Both the position numbers and the translations under genes were made by a program. 64,000 bases of DNA from Octopus bimaculoides (Eukaryota). Under the pieces are notes generated by a model. It made no database searches, had not been told where the DNA came from, and saw nothing but the letters and a program-made list of their open reading frames with translations. Location: NCBI RefSeq assembly GCF_001194135.2, contig NC_068989.1, forward strand, positions 4,917,448 to 4,981,447. The letters are read 5' to 3'. Shown here one piece after another: positions 26,501-36,468 of this stretch. The first letter of the stretch is position 1; each line of letters begins with the position of its first letter.

Positions 26501-29500
26501 TTTGTAGAGTGTAGAACTGTCCAGCTCCTATATTACCTCCACTTAGTGGAATTCCAAATCATTTAGTCTGCATCATTTTATTGTCAGACTCTTAAATTTC
26601 TTAAAATGTCTTTGCCAAACTGCAAGAAAATATCAAGGTATCATCTATGAAGCCAAGGACCATTTGTCATAAACAAGTTTAGGTCATCCATAAAGAGAAG
26701 ATGGTGGGTGAACCTGGTCCTCTTTCTTCCTTTAGGTTTTCAAATTGGCTTTTTCATGGGCCAACTTAAGGGTAACAAACATAGGATTAAAGACCAGAAA
26801 TATTGTTCCCTTGGAATATCTTGAATATTCTTGTGAGGTTGGATCTAACAGTCATGGTGTTCTTGGTTTCTGTAAAAACTGTCTGCAACTGCTTCACTGC
26901 TTTTATAAAGTTTACCATATCATCATCATCAAATTGAAGCACTTCCAATATTTTGCTCAGTCAGTTATGAGTTGTTTTCAATCCAAGTCTATGACAATCT
27001 TCCTTTTTTTTCTCTTCACATCATCCAGTACCCATATTGTTACACACTGTAAAGTGGGTGGCACTAAGAAGGGCATCCAACCTTAAAAGTTATGTCAAAG
27101 CAGGCACTGGAGCATAATGCAATCCTTGGGCCCCTCAGATCTTGTCAAACTGTCCAGCCTATGCCAGCATGGAATATGGACATTAAATGACAGTGATGAT
27201 GATGACTTATTTTTCTTTTTTTTTTTATTATTCCAGGTATGCACCACATTCTCAACTTGTTTCTGTGATGCTGGTTGGGGAGGGGAACTATGTGATGAGG
27301 TGGTCAACAAAACCACTTTCTTGCAAATCAGTGCAACAACTGTGTCCCAAAATTCCTCTTTTCAATCAAATCTACCCACTACACCTGCTTCAGCTATGTC
27401 TACAGTAACAGGACCACTCCAAGCTGTAATTAAAGGTAAGTAGACAGGTCTCTAGTATTAACATCTTGGTCCCAGCTGGTATTTATCCTGCAGGTCTATT
27501 GTGATCAAATAGATCTATTATCAAAAGTAATCCAGATATGACCATCATGTCTTTTTGGGAGTATGTAAGACTTCATTATTTAATATATTTCTTTCAAGAC
27601 AGTACTGTGTCATTTGTGGGAGATGTGGTTGTTATTTCTGGTGACCACATGGAGACTTCTGATCTCAACAGTATGTTGTTTAGCTACAAGTTAACCCTGA
27701 TTAGGTAGAATTATGATGGAAGATATTACAACTGTAACCATCCTGCCTTTTTAGCAGTATGTAGACTGTAATATCTAAAGTGTGCCATCTTTTTTTTAAG
27801 GTGGTAGGATGTTATTTAAAAGATATGTGACTGCTATTTCTAACAGCCCAAGGAGGCTTCTTTGTTGGCCTGAAAGCAGTTTGTAAACTGTTGGCAGGTA
27901 AAATAGATTTGTAGTCATTGTTGGGGATTATTTATGTTATGGCCATGATTGTGTTGTAAGTCAATCTAAATTAATTAGCAACGGTACTAATGATAATAAT
28001 AATAAACAACCCTTATTCAGGGACCTTTTGAATGGGATGGGCTACTCGACCTGAAGAAAATTCTAACTGGGCCCCCACCTGCAAGGTCATGTGCTGGTTA
28101 TCTGTGCCTGGTGTACCCTTATCAGACGGGTAGTCATGATGGATATACTAGGTTTCGTATATTTTACCCCAGTGTCACTTTGATGGCATGCACTGCTCTC
28201 TCACTCAATAATAATAATAAAGGTTTCGAATTTTGGCATGTGGGCAGCAACTTTAAGGGAGGAGGGGGTAATTCAATTACATTGCCCAACTCCCACCCCC
28301 AAGTGCTCAACAGGTACTTATTTCATTGACTTTGAAAGGAAGGAATTCGAGGTTAGCCTCAGTGGAATTTGAACTCGGAACAAAAACAGGGAGGAAAAGC
28401 AGCTAAGCACTTTGTTTGGCACGCTAATGATTCTACCAGCTCCTCCTCTTTGTGTGTGTGTGTGTGTATTTATGCACATACAGACACACACACTTGAATC
28501 CTCTTGGGTTGCTGTACATAAAGTTTCTCTTGCATGGATGATAGAATAAATTTACAGCTAAACGCAATGAAGTGCTCTTCTGAGTCCCTACTTTTGTAGT
28601 TTTGAAAATTAATGCCTGATGCTAGATCTATTCATATTTATATATTCCTAACTTTCACTTTTCCTTTTTAGCCGAATCAGCGGAATTTAACACAGTCTGG
28701 CTGATCATCATCCTGATCTCCGTGGTTGGAGGGCTTGTTTTTCTCATGGCCATCACTATGTTCTGTTATCGGTAATTATTGATCTGTTGATTCATCTCTC
28801 AATCTGCATCATTTTTCTTTGTTGTTTCCTTCAGCCATTTCATGTCATGGGACTAACTAGATTCTGATTTTCATTGTCACTTATATATTTATACACACCT
28901 ACACCCATTTCCATGTGTAGACACCCTCCCATACATGCACACCCCATCCTTTCTTCCTAAGTCTTTCCCATTGAACTTCACTCCCACCTGGCCCCTAAAT
29001 CCTTTTATTTTTTTTCCTTTTCTTTCTCACCACCTTTCCTCTTTATTTTCCTTATTTGTGATGAAGGACTAGTGTCTGAAATGCTAGGGATTTTTTCCTT
29101 GTCCCCCTGCCCCCCACTATCACTTGACAACCGATGCAGGTGTGTTTATGTCCTCATAACTTAGCGGTTCAGCCAAAGAGACAGATAGAATAAGTACTAG
29201 GCTTACAAAGAATAAGTCCTGGGGGGCGATTTGCTCGACAAAAGACGGTGCTCCTGCATGGCCACAGTCAAATGATTGAAACAAATAAAGAGTAAGAATA
29301 CCTTTGTTAAAACCTGCCCCTCTCATCTTGTCTTTTGCTCTTTATCACATATATAAATTTTTTGCTTGTTTAGACGAAGAAGTCCTCAAAAGTTGCCAAC
29401 TACCGGTAAGATGGGGTTCCTGGCCAATCACAGTGGGAAAAAATCCAACCTTTCAGGACCAAGTGTTGGTCCGAAACAGTCAAGAATTATCAGTTTTGGG

Positions 29501-32500
29501 TCTCTGCCATCTTACAGGTAATTATATTCAATTATTTGAAATATGTTTAATCTTCTGCAGATCCAACATTGGAATCTTATCAGCTGTTGTCGTCTAATCC
29601 CAAATCCTCTCTAATCACACAAACCAATGATCAAATACATTCCTGCCATGGTCATCCCATCCACTCTAAACTCAGGACCACATTATCTTGTGTGTTCCAT
29701 TCTAGTAAGATAGGGAGAGGTGGAATGACTGCAAAAAGGGTTGTTTTTTTTTTCATTAGTCTACCAGTTTTAAAATTGTCAGTCTCATACGTACACAACA
29801 AAATGTCTGTAACAGGTTTAAACTGACAATCTAAGAACACATAGACCTGCCTAATGCTTTATCTGCTCAGGATTGAACTGGCATGAAATGGCAATCTATA
29901 AGCTGCCTAGTCTTGGTTTGAACTGTTGATCTATGATCCAGTACTCCTGGCTTGAACTAATGTTCAGCTCCCCCATATGACCCTTGGATGGCATTTGCTG
30001 ACAGTTCACACTGTTGCAAGCATTCTAACGATAACCTTCTCCCTTCGTCTTACCAGTCTCAAAGACCCTGCAAATGTTCATAAACACTCTACATTATTCT
30101 CTAAGCCATAAAACATAATTCAATAGGTGCAGGCATGGCTATGTGGTTAAGAAGCTTGGTTGGCAACCACATACTTGTGAGTTCAATCTCAGCACTTTGG
30201 GAAAGCGTCTTCAATTATAACTTCAGGCTTTGTGAGTAGATTTGTGAGACAAAAAAGGGAGCAAGCTTGTCATACACACACTCATTTATGTATGTTTGCT
30301 TATCTTAATATAACATGCTAATAGCAAATAAATGTCACAACTTGGAATCAGGGGAATGTTGAAGACAGGAAGCTGTAGAAAATCTGCCTCAACAAACTCC
30401 ATCTGACCCAAGCAAGCATGGGAAAGCAAATGTTAAAATGAAGATGATGAGATCTCTCTATTTATATATAACAGTCAGTATTTGTAGAGCTGCCAATTAT
30501 TAGTCACCAGTAAGACTAATGAATATGGTGAATAATGAATAAATAATGACCCTTGAGATATTTCTTCACAGAACTGGCTTCAGTATCTACTGTACAGTTG
30601 ACCTTTTCGTTATTTATTATTTATTTATTTACTTTTCACATTTGACTAACAAGTTGTTAGAAATATGAAGAATTAATAAAGTAACTGTTTTTTTTTTTTA
30701 TATAAAGAATTTGTTCGGGTGTCTTTGTTGATTGAGAGACTGATGGAATATGAATTGCTGGAACACTAGAAGAGGAATTTTTAAAACAGAAAAAGAATTA
30801 AGGCAAGACATCATTGCCATAGTTGTGGTGGTGGTGGTGGTGGTGGTGTGATCCAGTTGAACTATGATACAAAAAGTATTACCAGCTGTGTATGACCATG
30901 CCATCCTTTTTCAGTAATGTTGTATCTAGGACTACACTAACCAATGTGTCCTTCATTTTTTTCAAGGAAATAGAATGATATTAGAGGGAGATTTGGCTGC
31001 TATTTTTAGCAGGCCAGGTAGAAAATATGAAATAATGCATTTATAAATAACTGTTCTTTATCTCATCATCAGCTGGAATAAATTTTTTCACCTTGTGCCA
31101 ACAAGGAGGCTTCTGTGTTGTTGTTTGACCAGCTAGAAATAACAGCCAAATCACCCCCAAATTGCATCCAACCATCTTAAATGAATAAGGATACGTTTGA
31201 TAATATAGTTCCTGTAATACAAAAAGACAAACTGGTCATGGCTGAAATGCTTTTGATAGTAGGAGGCTATTGTATCAGATGTCCCCTAGAGCTAAAACAA
31301 CAATTCTCTTCACCTTTCCAATATCTGCTTGTTTTTTTTTATGGTTTTGGAGTTATTTCTTAACTTTCTTACTCAGACTCTTCATTACTGCTCACAATGA
31401 TAATTCATGACTGTTATTTCTATTTTCTGTCAGGGCTGAGAAACTCTTTGGTAAGAAAAAGAAGAAACGCACATCCAGTGAAGAGGAAAGTGACATCGGT
31501 GAGTTACCCCCGCCACCGATCATTATCATGTCCCCTGAGAGTGCTAAGCCACCTGAGAGGGGCATTCTAAAGCACTCCCGTCGCCTAGACAGCCGGCACC
31601 CACCTACAGACTACAGCACCTACGTCCGTACAACTGGTTACACTTGCGGAGAAGATGACGCCGATGATGTGGAAGGGCGGGAGGTGCAGGAGATCTTGGG
31701 TGAAGACGAGGAATCCCAAGTTGCTGCCCAGCATCATCACCACCACCACCACCACCACAACAGCAAAGAGGCGGTTGGTTCCGACCCTTCCAGTCGCCTG
31801 CTCGACCTTGCCAGCTTCCGTTTGAACCTTCCCCCACCGCCGAGCGAGCCGCCTGATAACAGTCCCCTCTCACCATTCTCACACTGGCAGGTCCATGACC
31901 CTTACCGCTACAAGACCAGTAGCTTAAACAGCCGTGGTTCACCTCGTTCAAAGATCATACGCATAAAAAATATTGATGAACTGATGCGTGAAATTGACCG
32001 CCAAACCATTGATTTGTCCCCGTCTCCTGAGACTCCTCACCTACCGCTCATCTCGCCGGTCAACTCCATCATCAGTAGCGAGAATAGTTCTGGTAGTCAT
32101 TGCCAAAACCATGACATGTCATGTTTGTTGAACAATCTGAAACTAAAGGACATGTCAAAGGGTTTCACAGAGCAGTCCATCCAGGTAAATATCCACATAA
32201 ACCACACATTTATGCTTTATTTCTTTAGGACATTATTGTAGTTGATGTTTAGCCTAATCAATAAATCTTCCAGGCGTGACCACCCTCTCTTTTTAGGCCT
32301 ACCTAAGATTATGTTCATTGTCTAATGGATGTTCCTTTTTCTTTTCTTTTTTTTTTTTTTTGTATGATAAGTCGAGTGATCAGAAAGAAGCTCTCTTCAC
32401 TGAAGAGGATCACAGAGGTGATTGTCTAGGATATGCTTCTAATCTCTCTCGCTATATATATTTATATATCATGTCTCTGTTATATATACGGATACTGTAA

Positions 32501-34035
32501 TGATGTCTGTTGATATTATTAAAGTGCGACACAAGAACTTAGTGGTGTAACAATGTACGTTGCAGTGTATATTTCTTACATCCTTCTATGTTCTAAATTC
32601 AAATTCCATCAAATTCCACCCCCACTGCCATTCTGGTTTCATTCAATCAACATCACTCCCTTCCCTTTACAATGTTTTTGTGTTAATGTAAGAAAACATT
32701 ATTGAAACAAATTGGTAGTGGAAATGATTATCTGTTTTTTGTCTATGTACATAGCTATTGATAACGCTAAGGCAGTTAGATATCTGCCTGTCGATCAATC
32801 CATCAATTTGATATGTCTACTGATCCGAATATTTCCCTGATTTGAATGTGTGTAGTTGTGTACATACACGAACACACATACACAAAGTATCGACCTCATC
32901 ATCATTTAACCTCCATTTTCCATGCTGGCATGGGTTGGATGGTTTAACTTAGGTCCAGAAAGCCAGGAGGCCGCACCAGGCTCCAATCTGATCTGGCAAT
33001 GTTTCTGAAGCTGGATGCCCTTCCTAACGCCAACTACTCCGAGAGTTTAGTGAGTACTTTTTATGTGCCACCGGCATGGGAATCAGTTAGGGGGTTGGTA
33101 GTATATACACTACTCTTATTACTTTCATCCCAATTTCTGTCTCCTTACATATTTCTACACTAACTTTTTTCCCATTTTTGTTTCAGGTGGACAGTGAGTG
33201 TGACTGTTCCCTATTGAAGGACAGTGTCTCCAATGAATCGGAACTCTGTGACATCCTACCAATGAGCCCCACCAAAATAAACAGCATTCTGCATTACACA
33301 CACTCAGTGCCGGTCGCTGATGGTGACTTTTCATCGACCTGTGGCACCGTCAACTCCCGCGGCTTTGATAAAAGCTCCGGCTACGAGAGCGAGCGTGATG
33401 GGGAGCGTTCTAGTATTGAGGACGGCCCACGATCACGGTCGAGATCCCACTCTCGTTCTCAGTCCGGATCACCTCCTTGCTATAGTTCTGTCATACGAAC
33501 AGGTCCAAATCAGATTCGGCTGGTTCCAGCCAATCAGAACCAGAAACCTATGGATGACACAAGCATTGGAGGTATCAGCAGCTGTGGCGGAGCAGGTGAA
33601 GAGCAACTGCAGAAAATCCTTGATGGGTTGCCACGAATTGAGGCCAGCACTTATGAACGCAGCCCCATCTGCACAGGATGTAGCATACCTGGCAGCTTGT
33701 CACCGGCAGGGAGCGGATCCATACCAAGCCCACGGCCTTTAGGCAAGAAGTGTGAGGACAGCTGCGGCCCCTGCATCGATCGCAGTTTGGAAGAGATCTC
33801 ACAGAACTTCAACAGTGAAAGCCCTAAACTGACACCACCAAACAGCAAAGTGAAACCAAAGCTGAACACATCCCTCAGCTTCCGAAATCGTCGACCAGTT
33901 AGCCTGGGCGTAATGCAACGGACATTGCAAGCAACGGCAAACTACCAGCAAGCTATGGAGCGCAGTAGGGAAGCTATGGTTGCTGCTGACTCAGGTAGTG
34001 CACGCCCATATCCCTCTATGGAGGAAAAAGCTTAA
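1623..34035 (+). CDS. ADAM family metalloprotease-disintegrin, catalytically inactive mind-meld/UNC-71 (ADAM11/22/23-like) type; 5'-partial, ~1192 aa in window
   Basis: Exons 1623-1677, 7513-7598, 8293-8352, 8849-8920, 9987-10156, 10386-10467, 11477-11564, [12556-12582 optional], 14922-14973, 15580-15685, 17244-17315, 18736-18831, 20361-20441, 21130-21244, 21915-22026, 22243-22359, 25889-26060, 27237-27435, 28672-28771, 29374-29517, 31434-32184, 33187-34035. All are AG/GT bounded with matching phases and join into one ORF with the ADAM domain order. The signal peptide and most of the prodomain lie upstream of the window. Confidence 0.93.
2090..2220 (-). mobile_element. Degenerate non-LTR retrotransposon C-terminal fragment
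   Basis: Minus-strand [11 protein letters not shown]...HYW resembles the end of non-LTR ORFs; abuts an (AAT)n tract. Confidence 0.3.
4095..4192. repeat. 48-bp tandem duplication (2 copies)
   Basis: tatcttattctc(g/t)gacatagtctat(t/g)taggactacatcatcc(a/t)atgtg occurs at 4095 and 4143. Confidence 0.9.
6826..6955 (+). mobile_element. Truncated SINE (catcatcgtttaac...ttccatgctagcatgggttggacg family) ending in a foldback inversion
   Basis: Same head as the copies at 32901 and 54718; the sequence after ctggcagag is the reverse complement of 6886-6912. Confidence 0.85.
7513..7598 (+). CDS. ADAM exon: prodomain/metalloprotease junction, (G)[28 protein letters not shown]
   Basis: taag|GA...CAG|gtaaat; phases 1 to 0. 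Confidence 0.8.
8293..8352 (+). CDS. ADAM exon: [20 protein letters not shown]
   Basis: ctacag|...|gtaagt; matches the first strand of the reprolysin domain (xELxLVxD). Confidence 0.88.
8849..8920 (+). CDS. ADAM exon: [24 protein letters not shown]
   Basis: ttttcag|...|gtaagt; phase 0-0. Confidence 0.88.
9987..10156 (+). CDS. ADAM exon: [23 protein letters not shown]...VHLV(T)
   Basis: ttacag|...|gtaagt; reprolysin RxxLVxxExW motif. Confidence 0.92.
10386..10467 (+). CDS. ADAM exon: [27 protein letters not shown]
   Basis: tgcag|...|gtatgt; conserved GxAxxxxxC-type segment. Confidence 0.9.
10856..11346 (+). mobile_element. Mariner (Tc1/mariner) relic: 5' TIR and transposase N-terminus, then an inverted internal segment
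   Basis: ggtctgatcaataattatctggactg TIR-like start; ATG at 11045 gives [17 protein letters not shown] on +; 11128-11346 reads [15 protein letters not shown]...[14 protein letters not shown] on -. Confidence 0.8.
11477..11564 (+). CDS. ADAM exon with zinc-binding motif: [29 protein letters not shown]
   Basis: tttcag|...|gtaagg; HExxHxxGxxHD consensus with E replaced by M (ATG at 11525-11527). Confidence 0.95.
12556..12582 (+). CDS. Candidate 27-nt cassette microexon, (N)KWRELYHE(G)
   Basis: TACTAAC at 12487-12493, a 40-nt pyrimidine tract, aacag|...AAG|gtagta; phase 1-1, stop-free, frame-preserving between the flanking exons. Confidence 0.5.
14922..14973 (+). CDS. ADAM exon with Met-turn: [16 protein letters not shown](L)
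   Basis: ctttag|...|gtaagt; CxM Met-turn. Confidence 0.92.
15580..15685 (+). CDS. ADAM exon: [35 protein letters not shown]
   Basis: tttcag|...|gtatga; FSxCS motif at the end of the metalloprotease domain. Confidence 0.92.
17244..17315 (+). CDS. ADAM exon: disintegrin start, [24 protein letters not shown]
   Basis: ttgcag|...|gtacgg; CGNxxVExGEECDCG signature. Confidence 0.96.
17583..17935 (+). mobile_element. tRNA-headed SINE (ggcatg(a/g)ctgtgtggttaagaag...gggttcagtccc family)
   Basis: A-box- and B-box-like head; related copies at about 16146, 19675, 30125, 50603 (+) and 58950-59105 (-). Confidence 0.8.
18736..18831 (+). CDS. ADAM exon: disintegrin [32 protein letters not shown]
   Basis: tttcag|...|gtaagt; disintegrin cysteine pattern. 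Confidence 0.96.
19675..19930 (+). mobile_element. tRNA-headed SINE, well-preserved copy
   Basis: ggcacaggagtggctgtgtggtaaagtagcttgcttaccaaccacatggttccgggttcagtcccactgc head, followed by the shared body. Confidence 0.85.
20361..20441 (+). CDS. ADAM exon: disintegrin loop [27 protein letters not shown]
   Basis: (ct)n ag|...|gtaagt; CR...ECD.PEYC loop with no RGD. Confidence 0.96.
21130..21244 (+). CDS. ADAM exon: Cys-rich [38 protein letters not shown]
   Basis: ctgcag|...|gtaagt; DGxPC...GYCYxGxC...QC..IWG motif. Confidence 0.96.
21915..22026 (+). CDS. ADAM exon: Cys-rich (N)[36 protein letters not shown](E)
   Basis: tttcag|...|gtgagc; CF...N..G...G.CG motif. Confidence 0.94.
22243..22359 (+). 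CDS. ADAM exon: Cys-rich [12 protein letters not shown]...QFEC(K)
   Basis: ctgcag|...|gtaagt; xCGxLxC motif. Confidence 0.94.
22617..22940 (+). mobile_element. tRNA-headed SINE (gtggcttagtggttagg...ttgtgtccttgagcaaggcactttatttcac family)
   Basis: Related copies at about 15130, 54135, 59395 (+) and 36480-36700, 45280-45590 (-). Confidence 0.8.
25889..26060 (+). CDS. ADAM exon: [33 protein letters not shown]...PCSGNG
   Basis: tttcag|...|gtaagt; GLVxDGxKCG...C motif and start of the EGF domain. Confidence 0.96.
26278..26469 (-). mobile_element. Degenerate LINE reverse-transcriptase fragment
   Basis: [35 protein letters not shown] resembles the post-RT segment of non-LTR elements. Confidence 0.4.
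27237..27435 (+). CDS. ADAM exon: EGF ([19 protein letters not shown]) plus S/T-rich stalk
   Basis: ttccag|...|gtaagt; EGF CxC..GW.G..C motif. Confidence 0.95.
28672..28771 (+). CDS. ADAM exon: transmembrane helix [32 protein letters not shown](R)
   Basis: tttttag|...|gtaatt; about 23 hydrophobic residues followed by basic residues. Confidence 0.93.
29110..29300 (-). mobile_element. SINE (tgtttcagtcatttgactgtggccatgc...cttattctttgtaagcctagtacttattc family)
   Basis: Related copies at about 49420, 55610 (-) and 58710, 62130, 63510 (+). Confidence 0.8.
29374..29517 (+). CDS. ADAM exon: juxtamembrane tail [15 protein letters not shown]...[12 protein letters not shown](R)
   Basis: gtttag|...ACAG|gtaatt; this phase 2-2 donor is the one that keeps frame into exon 31434; an internal gtaaga donor is also present at 29406. 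Confidence 0.8.
31434..32184 (+). CDS. ADAM exon: cytoplasmic tail [20 protein letters not shown]...His9...EQSIQ
   Basis: ctgtcag|...CAG|gtaaat; GC-rich, 250 open codons (ORF 31528-32241). Confidence 0.88.
33187..34035 (+). CDS. ADAM terminal exon: VDSECDCS...PYPSMEEKA*
   Basis: tttcag|GTG; phase 0; ORF 33178-34035; TAA at 34033-34035. Confidence 0.88.
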   Translation: MDSECDCSLLKDSVSNESELCDILPMSPTKINSILHYTHSVPVADGDFSSTCGTVNSRGFDKSSGYESERDGERSSIEDGPRSRSRSHSRSQSGSPPCYSSVIRTGPNQIRLVPANQNQKPMDDTSIGGISSCGGAGEEQLQKILDGLPRIEASTYERSPICTGCSIPGSLSPAGSGSIPSPRPLGKKCEDSCGPCIDRSLEEISQNFNSESPKLTPPNSKVKPKLNTSLSFRNRRPVSLGVMQRTLQATANYQQAMERSREAMVAADSGSARPYPSMEEKA

Positions 34036-34363
34036 ACAATAATATTTACACTTGGTAATAATAATAATAGAGTTACTTATAGGCACAAGAAATAAGATTG
34101 AACAGAAACATAAAAACCAGGACAAGTACACACACACACACACACACAGAGCTTAGAAAAATTGAAGCAATCAATAGTTAGACGTACACTGAACACACAT
34201 ACACGCATACCTTAACTGGGAAATCTCAACAACAAATGATAAGCCTAGTCTACTTGAATCTATTGCTGGGGGTTGGCCAACTAACATCTATTAGCAAAGT
34301 AGCTCAAGTGACCCTTTTTTTTTTTTTTGCTTTTTTTTCATCACTTGGATGAATAATTAATTT

Positions 34364-34369
34364 AATAAA
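34364..34369 (+). promoter_or_regulatory. First AATAAA after the ADAM stop (possible proximal polyadenylation signal)
   Basis: Hexamer only; the sequence is AT-rich, so it could be chance. Confidence 0.3.
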
Positions 34370-34861
34370 CCAAATAAGAATAATGATAATAGCTTAGAAA
34401 TACTGACAAAATACTAAAGTAAAAGACTATGATAAAGAAGCCAAGCCAAAGAGTATCTTTGTAATGTAAAATCTCTTTGTCGTGCCACCATCAAATGATT
34501 CGGCAATGAACCACAAATTGAAATCAAAAAAACAAAAAAAAGAATTATTTTATATTTTGTAAAATTCCTTTTTTTTAAAAAAAAATTTTTTTTTCATATT
34601 TTGTATATTATATATATATTTTTTAATTTTGTTTCATTTTAATTTCGTGTTTTCTTGTTTTATTTGCATTTAAAAAGAATTCTTGTATTCTTTAATATCT
34701 GTTGTCATGTAACTGTTTCTCTTTCTCTCTACCCCCTCTCATACACAATGCATAGTACACACACACACACATATATATATAAACATGTATGCACAGCTCA
34801 TGTACATACATATATAAACAATTATTCACGTGTAGTTATGTGTGTGAGGTGGATGACTTTG

Positions 34862-34907
34862 AAATCACTGATTACCATTTAAATCACTGATTACCATTTA
34901 AATCACT
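34862..34907. repeat. 19-bp tandem repeat aaatcactgattaccattt (2.4 copies)
   Basis: Direct reading of the sequence. Confidence 0.9.
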
Positions 34908-35270
34908 TAGTCATCCATCAGATTATTGAGAACTGTCAGTAATTCAGGGCCCAGTTTTATCCTGACATGTATCAATATACAAGAAGTAGTTGTTGAAGTT
35001 ATAACAGTACAGACAGCAACACACTGGGCAAGAGAGACACTCTTTCTTACACAATTTTAAATCTTGGATCCTTAATTTTGGCCCTCGTCTTAAATCTGTA
35101 TCATATTGCTACACGATATGAATATCTAGAAATAGGTGTATAATTTGGAGAAAGAGGGGATGTTAGCTTATATATCTCTATCTCCATCAAAGAGAATTTG
35201 GAATCTGACTGAAAGCTGTAGACATACACTGGTGTCACATACATTTGTGTGACACCCTGGTATTTTGATT

Positions 35271-35306
<36 letters not shown>

Positions 35307-35313
35307 AGCATTC

Positions 35314-35345
<32 letters not shown>

Positions 35346-35441
35346 CTAGTAATGCCTTTGTCAGCTGAATTTGAGTATTTACACCTGGAAAGTTCCAAGT
35401 GTAAGGCTGGGTATATATATATGTATGTATGTGTGTTTGTT

Positions 35442-35475
<34 letters not shown>

Positions 35476-36431
35476 AACTCATGCAGATATGTATACATGT
35501 ACATATGTAATGCCTATAAAGTGTGTGTGCTCATTTGCTTATAATTTCCATGTCTACGAGCATATATCTGTGTGATCCTACGCATATAGACACCAGACAC
35601 ATAAACATCTTGATTACAACAATATCTGGACATGTACAGAAGATTTGCCCTGGCAACAATTGTACCATTCTCCATTCTCCTATCATCTATTTAAATTTGA
35701 TTTCTTTCCCCTTTTTCTTTTTTTGTTTTCTCATGTTTCAGTTTTTCAACTCAAATCCTGTTTTTTTCTTTTTTTTTTTTCACCCTCCTGTGAGAGTGGA
35801 GAATAACTTTTGCTGTTTTGTATATGTTCTGCCTGATAAGTCACCAAACAATACTGCTGAAGTGCCTAATTCTTACCTCAAATTATCTATTGGCCACTTC
35901 ACTTGGATATTATTATTTTTGTTGTTGTTGTAAGGGCAGTGGATTGGCAGAATTGTTAGAGTATTGGACAAGATGCTTTGTGGTATTTCTAAAGCTCTTT
36001 ACATTCTCATTTCAAATCCCTTTTGCCTTCCAGCCTTTCTGGACCAGTAAAAATCAACTCGCCCTACTCCTCAAAATTGCTGGTCGTTCCCTAACTGGGA
36101 ACAGTAATTATTATTATTATGACATTTCATTTTTATATTTATTTTTTTCGTTTGTATTTCCCTTATGTTTAAAAATAACAAACTTTTATTGCTTCTTTTT
36201 TTTTACTTTTCCTCTACCAAAGACAAAACCTGCCCCAATACTTTTCTTTCATATATTATATTAATATCATCATCATCATCGTCACAATCATTTTCACCAC
36301 CACCACCATTTATATCTCCCATTACACCTCTCGCTTATACAGTTCCTTTATCACAATTTCTTTCCTTTGTATGTGTAATTTCTTCTAGAATTATATTACT
36401 ATACATGAGTATATTTCCAGACCTATTCTTC

Positions 36432-36468
<37 letters not shown>

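Noticed and set aside
33320-33869. Alternative-frame and antisense ORFs overlapping the GC-rich ADAM tail exons (also 31604-31951)
   Set aside because: Shadow ORFs expected in GC-rich coding sequence; no independent splice or homology support.
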